Shown: positions 18,871 through 64,000 of the stretch, piece after piece
How the letters are laid out: each line of letters starts with the position of its first letter
Numbering within the stretch: the first letter of the stretch is position 1
DNA from: Amoebidium appalachense
Taxonomy: Eukaryota; Protista; Ichthyosporea
DNA length: 64,000 nt
Direction of reading: 5' to 3'
Assembly: GCA_963693365.1 (NCBI GenBank)
Contig: CAVNZM010000002.1
Location: 11,526,328-11,590,327, forward strand
Notes under the pieces: generated by a model
What the model saw: the letters and a program-made list of their open reading frames with translations, nothing else
Database searches by the model: none
Told to the model about the DNA's origin: nothing
Made by a program: the position numbers and the translations under genes

Positions 18871-19023
18871 GTTGTTGTTGGCCGGGTGAATGGGTGGGTG
18901 GGTGGAAAGGGGGTGAGGGGAGGGCACGTTTGTTTGTGCTTTTTCCTATATTGTGTTTTTTTCCTGCACCTTTTCATTGTTTTGGTTCGTTTGTAAATAT
19001 GTTTTGCATCTGTGTGTGTGTGT

Positions 19024-19115
<92 letters not shown>

Positions 19116-19628
19116 CGAGTGCGTACGTGCGTGTGCGGGTGTGTTGGTGTGTGTGTGCATGCATGTGTGTGTGTATGCATGTGTGTGTGTGTGTGTGTGC
19201 GCGCGCGCATGTGTGTATGCACGTGGGAGCCTTAGTTGTACGGAAATGGTGCATGGATATGAAGTGTTAACGTGCGCACGCGCACACGTGCTTTTTATAC
19301 ACTAGAGCTGGGCAGGGGCAGACGGGGGGGGGGGGGGGGGGGGGGGGGGGAGGGGGGAGTCAGAAAAAATTAAAGTTTGCGTAGAGAAAATTTATCGTTC
19401 TGAGATGTGGTGTTTGGGAGGGCTGCGCCCTTACCCACAAATATGTATAAACTGGTGTTTTTTTGGCCTTAATTGTGGCACGAAACAAGAACATGTACCC
19501 CCCCCCCCCCCCCCCCCCCCCAATAAAATAAGAAACCTCAGTTACCGGATATTTTGGGTATACATAATTGAATTAAGAAACTTAGCTTTACCCCCCCGGG
19601 CGGTAGTTTCTTATTCGTGGACGCCGTC

Positions 19629-20169
19629 TGTAATACATGACTCAGTCATCACTAGTACTGGCCATGGCGGCCCGTGTGGCTACATCGATCATCTGGCCAG
19701 CTATATATTATAATTGGAACCTCCTTATTATTAAGGTCTTATTTATGATTGATCATTACCGCTGCATCTAGTGGTGGATGTGTTTGGGTTTGGTTGTGGG
19801 GCCGGGGTGTAATGTCAAAGCGAAATACGGATACACACACTGGGACAGCCTAATTGTTAGCCTAGCCGTTAGCCAGCTCCGATGATATATCATATCACGG
19901 TGTCTCGAGCGCTCGTCGGAACGCTCGCCGGGGGTACACTCGAGGGCTGGGGGTAGAGTAGTCCCTGGGGATAGCCCTCTGAGCTTATGGTGCACCTTAT
20001 ATAAGCCTCTGCTGATCCAGTCTTGGGTTGGGGGCCTCGGGGGATGCTGCTAGGAGGCCGGTGGAGCGGCTCGGAGGTGCAGCCACGGTAGTGACTACGG
20101 TGGCTACGATGAGGATCTAATGGGTGGTGGCCCACTGGTGGGCCAGGTAGCCCCTCTGGATCTGTGACG
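19629..20169 (-). mobile_element. Probable LTR (about 540 bp) of an LTR retrotransposon with adjacent PBS-like sequence
   Basis: Minus strand reads (C)GTCACAGATCC...TGTATTACA, matching the TGTCACA..TATTACA style of LTR termini with one change. Internal CTTATATAAG TATA-like box. Followed after 2 nt by CGGCGTCCACGAATAAGA (19626-19609), similar to a TGGCG.. tRNA primer-binding site. No gag/pol seen. Confidence 0.5.
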
Positions 20170-20570
20170 ACAAAAGACGTCATGAAGGCGAAGTATGATT
20201 AGTCGACGATCTGCTTTTTGCTTTAATGATTGACCCAATCAGATCCCCTTGCCGTCTGTCACTAGATCTCGGCAGATCTGGGCGCAACTGCCCGAGATAG
20301 GACTCGCGTGTAACATGCCATGAAGTTCGTGTTTTCAAAACAAAACGATATATATATAGTACGGGGTTAGCAAGTGCAGGTTTTGGTTGCCTGCGAAATT
20401 AGAAACAGGGGCGAGGGAGAAGATCTAAGCGTACTTGTGGCTGTATTTGGCATGGCGATTTTGTGTCTCTCCCAAGGCCTCCTATAAGTAAACACTCCTT
20501 CCCTTCAGAGTCTGTTTGTGCTTGTTTATGAAGATCTTGTGTCCTTTGGGACAACCATTCTTGAGCGAAA

Positions 20571-38118
<17,548 letters not shown>

Positions 38119-38803
38119 ACTTTGGTTTGCCTGGTACGTGTCCGAAAAGTTAATGTTTCCGTGGAATTAATTGTTGAATGTGTTTTGCTCTTTTGTATGC
38201 TGATCTCATCAACATAGACTTTTGTTATTTATCTTGCTAACCCCCGACATATTGGCTTACCAAGAAGGGGTTGAATATCTTTAAAGGGTTCCCTTTCCAT
38301 TATTTGGTCATATAAGTTGTTATGTTTAGTTATGCATGTACTCTTAGTTGTTTGTATCTCTACTATAATGACGAAATCCCTTCGGAATTCGAACGCAAGC
38401 TGGTGCCTGAGGGGAATGTTAATATTCTTATTGTGCACCTTATGTTAATGTTCGGTCTACTTTTATGTCTTTCGGTTTCTGTTCGATACGTGCCCGACTT
38501 AATTGTTATTTGGAGTCTCGAATTGGGCAACCCCATCAGCCCAACGTTTTCCGTCTCTGGAGGATTAAGCGGATTATGTTAATTCTCAAATCTCTTTGTG
38601 GCGAATGTACCACCCGTTCCTGTAAAACCCTTTTATATTATATGAACAGAAACATCTATCTTTTTAGCATAGTGAAAGTTAAAACTTTTGTGTCCTGCGT
38701 TCCCGTTGTGGTCTTGTCTTAGAACACCCATTGATAAAGGGACACCGATAAACGGTACATGTTTGTTCTTGATGGTTCGAAGCACCTTGTTCTTACTACC
38801 CGG

Positions 38804-38840
<37 letters not shown>

Positions 38841-38867
38841 CTCGAAGATTGCTTGGGCTGTATTGAA

Positions 38868-38904
<37 letters not shown>

Positions 38905-39190
38905 GAGGGGGGTGGTCTCGAAGATTGCTTGGACTGTATTGTATCTTTATAATAGTAGGTTTGTGGCCGTGCCTGAGCCTTACACACCCATGCATGTTTA
39001 TGAATATATGTAGTTGGTACCAATATGCATGTAATGTGTTACCGAGTGACTCTTAATGTCGATACACAATGAATCACGTAAACGGACACCCGGGGTGTCC
39101 TAGATACATACATAGTGTATATTGGCAGGAAGGAATGCCCAATAAACGTGGGTGGATTCCTAAATGCACACCCATTGACACGACCTCCCC

Positions 39191-39221
<31 letters not shown>

Positions 39222-40209
39222 ACACAGAAATCCCCCTAGACTCAGTACGAACACATGGTCTCGCATTCACGTGCAGGTCACGTGCCACATGCATATTGCC
39301 GTCCAGAGCAACAACCACGGCAGCTTGCAAATACAGCGCGAAATCTGATTAACGACAGCCCGCCAACACGCGCATTTTTTCATGTATGACAATGCTCTTT
39401 TGTGAAATCACCCTTTTTTTGTCCTCCCAGTAGTGGATTTTGCAGGATTTAACTCCTTTGAAGTCCAAAAACCTCAAAAATTCCCCGGCGGGGCCCGGCC
39501 GGCTCCTGATATGGTACCCGGGCCCCGGTAGGGAGAATTCAAAAACTACCTGCTCCTGATATGGTACCCGGGCCGGCAATCTTGTCAGCCGATCTCAAGT
39601 ACAGAAACATTTTACAGGTAGGGAGTCATGCATCACGTTCCGCATTGATGGTAGATGGCCCGATGATGGTGGTGTGATATTAATCGTGAAACCGCGGGTA
39701 TGGCAATCACCGGTCACTTAGTCTACATATATGCAGCAGGCACGTACACGTGTATGCGTGTGTGTATGTTGGGGGGGGGAGAGGGGGGGGGGGGGGGGGG
39801 GGGATCCCTGTTGTGCCCATTTCCATTCACTTGGCACGGTTCATTATTATGCATATTCTAAGCCTTTGGCGTATATATAGCGCTTTTCACTGATGCTTAT
39901 TGATAAATATACTGTTACAGTATCCTAGCCTAAGGAGCTACGAATGTGTGTTCTGCAAGCTTTGGGCAACCCTAAAAAAGATGGTAACGATAGTTATTAA
40001 TAACAATAACAACTTCAGTATAATAGAATCCCTACTGCGAATAATGATGGCCCGGTTAAAAAAATAACAGCAGAACTATAATGCATAATATCATGTTCAG
40101 GATATATTGCTAAATCATTTTTCTGATCTCGACAGGAGGGCCTTGACAGAAGTTCACACCATTTGCAATTGCTTTCGAACCGCCAATTTCTAGGAATTAA
40201 TGTTATCCC

Positions 40210-58697
<18,488 letters not shown>

Positions 58698-59986
58698 AAA
58701 CAGGAGCGTCAACAAAAATAGTAACGAAGTATAGTGATCACGCAAAAGAAACTGTGTTGTTTCTCTATGTGAGGTTCGAAGTGCAACCAGAAGTTTTCTC
58801 CAGAAAGTTCACAAATCCCATCAAAAGTTCAGTGCCTAATATTAGCCACACATGAAAGCGCAGGGCTGCAACCTCGCTCCTTCTGCCACACAGCAGTATG
58901 CATAATCATGATGTGTGGGTTGGGAATATACCTATTTTGTGCGTAGTGTTGAATATTATCTCTCTAAATTCGGTAATTAGTGCTTATTGAAGGACTATTG
59001 GCGATTTACGTAAATGGTGAGAAACAATTTATAATGATCACACACAAGTGTAGGTGTATTCTCCGCTTTTCAGATGAACTTAAACAACAAATATAACACC
59101 CTGTTAGCACGTAGCCCGATTGAAGGGCTGCGCACCTCTTTTATTTAATCGTATTTGACTTCCAGAAAAAATGATTCTATTCGCTTACATCGCACCAGGT
59201 CTCTTCTTCATTTCATCTCCAAAAAGACTTGTCTGCTCAACCCAGCCCCAGCTGGCCACCACCAGCACGCCTGGTGTGTAAACGTGTATGTGTTCTTCTG
59301 CCACCTATCGACGGCGTATACAGCGGGGTCTATGCGCACATCATCTGAGGTACATACGGTTGTGCCTGTGAACTATCACTTGGTCGAATTCGAACCACGC
59401 GTCCGACCCGTACGCGTTCCAGAAGAGCTGGTGTACTGTAAGTTGTGACTCGTCGCTGGGGCGCTCAGATAAACTGAAGAGCGAATATTCCTGTTGCAGA
59501 CAGTTATTTGACTACTTACATGTCTTTTTTTTTTTTTGCTTGCTATACTGGAAGTCATATGCTTGCACACACCGTGTGCGGCACACTGAGCCTCCAGGCT
59601 TCGGGCACGGCCCTCTGAAAAAAAGAGTTCGCGCGGAAGGGCGCCGCGACGGGCGGTATGCAAAGAACCTGCCAAAAAAAAGAAACTGTAAATAATTGCA
59701 CCAAGTTATCCAATTGCCTGTCTTTAAACTGCTGATTGGTGTAAACTGCTCCAATTCTATGCAAACCAATTTCAAATCTAATTAGCCTGTTCTATTCGCC
59801 TACATTTTATTTTAAAGGTTTTAAGATAGCTTTTAGTTTTAACAATATGTTCGTGCTATTGTAATATCACGCGGCCAAATTCACTGAGTTCCACAGCCTT
59901 GCCACTTGGCACTTTGAAAGGCGAAAGCAAATGTCATCCCAGTAACAGAACGGTGATTTCTGTGAGTTCAATACAACGACCCGAAA

Positions 59987-60647
59987 ATGTCTGAGGCTCC
60001 CACTAGCTCGCCCAAGGGCTCTCCAAAGTTCGGCGGTGGCGGGGAGAAGTGTGATGTTTGCCAGAAGACTGTCTACCCTGTGGTATGTACATGTGCATGT
60101 TCCCGTTGTCTTTTGAGCTCCATCATGTCCGGACTAGTCCAGAATTGCCTGCCTTTCTCTCCACATACTGTTACTATGTGTGTGTATATGTAGTTCTCAC
60201 ACTGTAGGAGTAACTCGAGACACTAAAACCTACTACTACTACTACAACCTACAACCTACTACACTGCAACACTGCAAGCATGTTCTTATTCAAAAATCGA
60301 GGGAATTGCTTCCAACCTGCTATTACATGCTCCAGCAAATGGGATCCGGAAATGTTGAAGTTATAGCTATCGGGGGGCCTGGTTTTCTAAAATTTATTCA
60401 CCCACAGGAGAAGATCTCTGCCGACGGCAAGATCTGGCACAAGAACTGCCTCAAGTGCGACAAATGCCAGAAGATCCTGTCTCTCGGTAACTACGCCGCT
60501 GCTGGGGATAAGATGTTCTGTAAACCCCACTTCAAGGAGCTGTTCAAGCTGAAGGGCAACTACGACGAGGGCTTCGGGGGTGAGACTGCTGTCAAGAAGT
60601 GGGCGGCTGATCACGCACAAGCCCAGAAGCAGAAAGCAGCCGAGTAA
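59987..60647 (+). CDS. Small single-LIM-domain protein (LIMD2/EPLIN-like LIM), 111 aa, 2 exons
   Basis: Exons 59987-60082 and 60408-60647: CDVCQKTVYPV|EKISADGKIWHKNCLKCDKC...FCKPHFKELFKLKGNYDEGFG. Complete LIM ligand set plus the KGNYDEGFG tail typical of EPLIN/LIMD2/plant-type LIMs; strong GC3 codon bias. Confidence 0.95.
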
Positions 60648-62382
60648 ATACATAAGAAGCTCGAAAGGAGGAATTCTTTTGACTTTGCCTTTAAGCCATC
60701 ATCTTAGCACTTTAGAATGAAAATATTAACTATACTGTTTACGTGTCTGCCGATTTACAGTAATTCACTCGAGCGTTTTTTGACTCTAGAACAGCTTTCC
60801 TAACTAGCTATCGAAAATGTACGTTCCATGTTTACCGACCGAAGATTTGCCGATGATTGGTTCATCGGCTAAAAAGATTCCAGCTACTAAACGAAAACAA
60901 GCTTGACTTGTGTGACACAAACTGTGTTCATTCATTACACCAACACAGTTATAAACTTGTGAGGTACGCAACAAGACACGTGTGCCAAAGGCCCCTGCAC
61001 CACGTTTTGCATTTAGTGCTGCATCGGAGTAAAGTTCAAGAAGCCAGCAGAAAGGTGCCATCGTGTGCCAACTCTCACGTGCTGAAATTGAAAGAGTGCT
61101 ACACCTGCATACATAGCATTTTGCAATTTTGGGGTATGGCATATATTGGGGACATGGATTATGTGTGCTATATGAGGTATGTATCGGCTGTGGTTCCTCT
61201 AGGGCTATGCTGCACAAGTAGCACAGACTTGTGTACACGCACGTGAGCATAACAGAGCGTACAATAAGAATATAAATTATGCTGCGACCATTTTAGCCGA
61301 AGAGGACTACAGAGCACTTACAGTAAGACAGGGTTTGCAGACAACAATTTTGCTGGTCCGGTTTTCTCCAAATTCCGCTAGTATACTGGGCATGGTGGAT
61401 TGTTAGATGCCGTGTGTGTCCTGCAAGAATCTAAAGCTTCGAGGCTTACGGAAACTCTAACACAAAAAAACTGTTGCCATTTTTACAAAGTACTGACCTG
61501 CTGACCACAGAGAATTCGGTCCCATTCCTTCGTTCCTCACTCACTGATGGTGCTGGTGCGTGTGCACGTACTTTATTTCTCTACACTGCAAGCTTCTTGA
61601 AAGCGTGCAGCAATCATTGACAATACATGTACGGAGAATGCTAGCACTTCAGTGAGTAGTTACTCTGCCACGAACGATTCCCCTTCATTTTGGTAAAAGG
61701 TGTCACTGCATTGGGGTGCCTCTTTGAAGTTTGAAAACTCCGGCGGGCGGGGGAGCGAGCGAGTCGAGCTTGAACAATCCTCAAAGCCTCACCTTTGACG
61801 TCACATTTTGATCAGCATGTCCGTAGGTGAAGAAATATTCGTTAGGGCAGTCATCACAAACAGGCTACTGTGAGCCCCTTCACTGAGACTGACGCACGCA
61901 CAAGCCCAGGGCCGTACACGCTCACTGGTGTAGCTGACACGGAAACTTAGGTATAGAGTTTTGGGCCTTTTGCATCTATCATATAGTAAGTACGTGTTGA
62001 GCAAGAACATCGAAAGGTTTATTTTGGCTCTTTTTTTTTTTGCGCACTGTCTGCTGATACCGGTGAAGAAGCTTTCTAGCGCTGGAAAGTAGTGCAGCTC
62101 TGCTCGTGGCATGGGACTCAGCTGGGAGTTGTTGGGTCGGGTCGAAGCGGACAAGGCGAGACGGGAGGAGAGGGAGGGAGAGGGGAATACCTTGGTTTTG
62201 TGCGCGAGGGCGTGAGCGGGAAAGCGATTGAAAGAGTGAGAGCGGGAGGGAGAATTAGAGAGACAGAGAGAGAAGGAGGAGAGAGAGAGAGAGGGAGCGA
62301 GAACTGAGGGAAAGGAGGGTCTACGCATCCAGAGGCAGCCTTGTAGTAACATGGACTTGGAGTTTTGTTGAGGAAGAGAAAG

Positions 62383-63600
<1,218 letters not shown>

Positions 63601-63760
63601 GTGAGTGGGGGGGGGGGGGGGGGGGGAGGGAGAGAGTGGGGGAGAGAGAGTGTGTGTGTGTGTTGTGTGTGTGTGTGTTTGTGTGTGCGTGCGCGTATGT
63701 GCGCTTGTGTGTATACTCTGTGTGTGTGTGCGCGCGCTCGTGTGTGTGCGTGCGCGTTTG

Positions 63761-63849
<89 letters not shown>

Positions 63850-63859
63850 CGTGCGCGTG

Positions 63860-63953
<94 letters not shown>

Positions 63954-64000
63954 TGTGTGCGTGCCTGTGCGTGTGTTCGTTGTGTGTGCAATGAAGGGTG

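Overview
Intron-rich eukaryotic genomic DNA. An opisthokont such as an ichthyosporean-like protist is my guess, not something the sequence shows directly. Non-coding DNA is saturated with poly-G/poly-C tracts and (CA)n/(GT)n microsatellites, so most entries in the supplied ORF track are low-complexity artefacts. Manual splicing with phase checks gives five host genes: (1) SLY1/SCFD1 (minus, 8 exons, runs off the left edge); (2) a 22-exon Cu-transporting P1B ATPase of ATP7/CCC2 type (plus, 20571-38118) with a Cys-rich leader and a Cys-less HMA-like domain; (3) ceramide kinase (minus, 40210 to about 58.7 kb) with a predicted coiled-coil tail; (4) a 2-exon single-LIM protein; (5) the first two exons of a Gly/Arg-rich protein at the right edge. 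The 8.5-20.2 kb interval holds decayed mobile DNA: nested non-LTR retrotransposons, a possible intron-containing KDZ-type transposase relic, and an LTR with a primer-binding-site-like motif. The most unusual signals are a high-copy structured intronic repeat whose copies mostly end in a poly-C tract, evidence that G/C tracts grow inside older repeats, and splice sites made of microsatellite or poly-A with no polypyrimidine tract.
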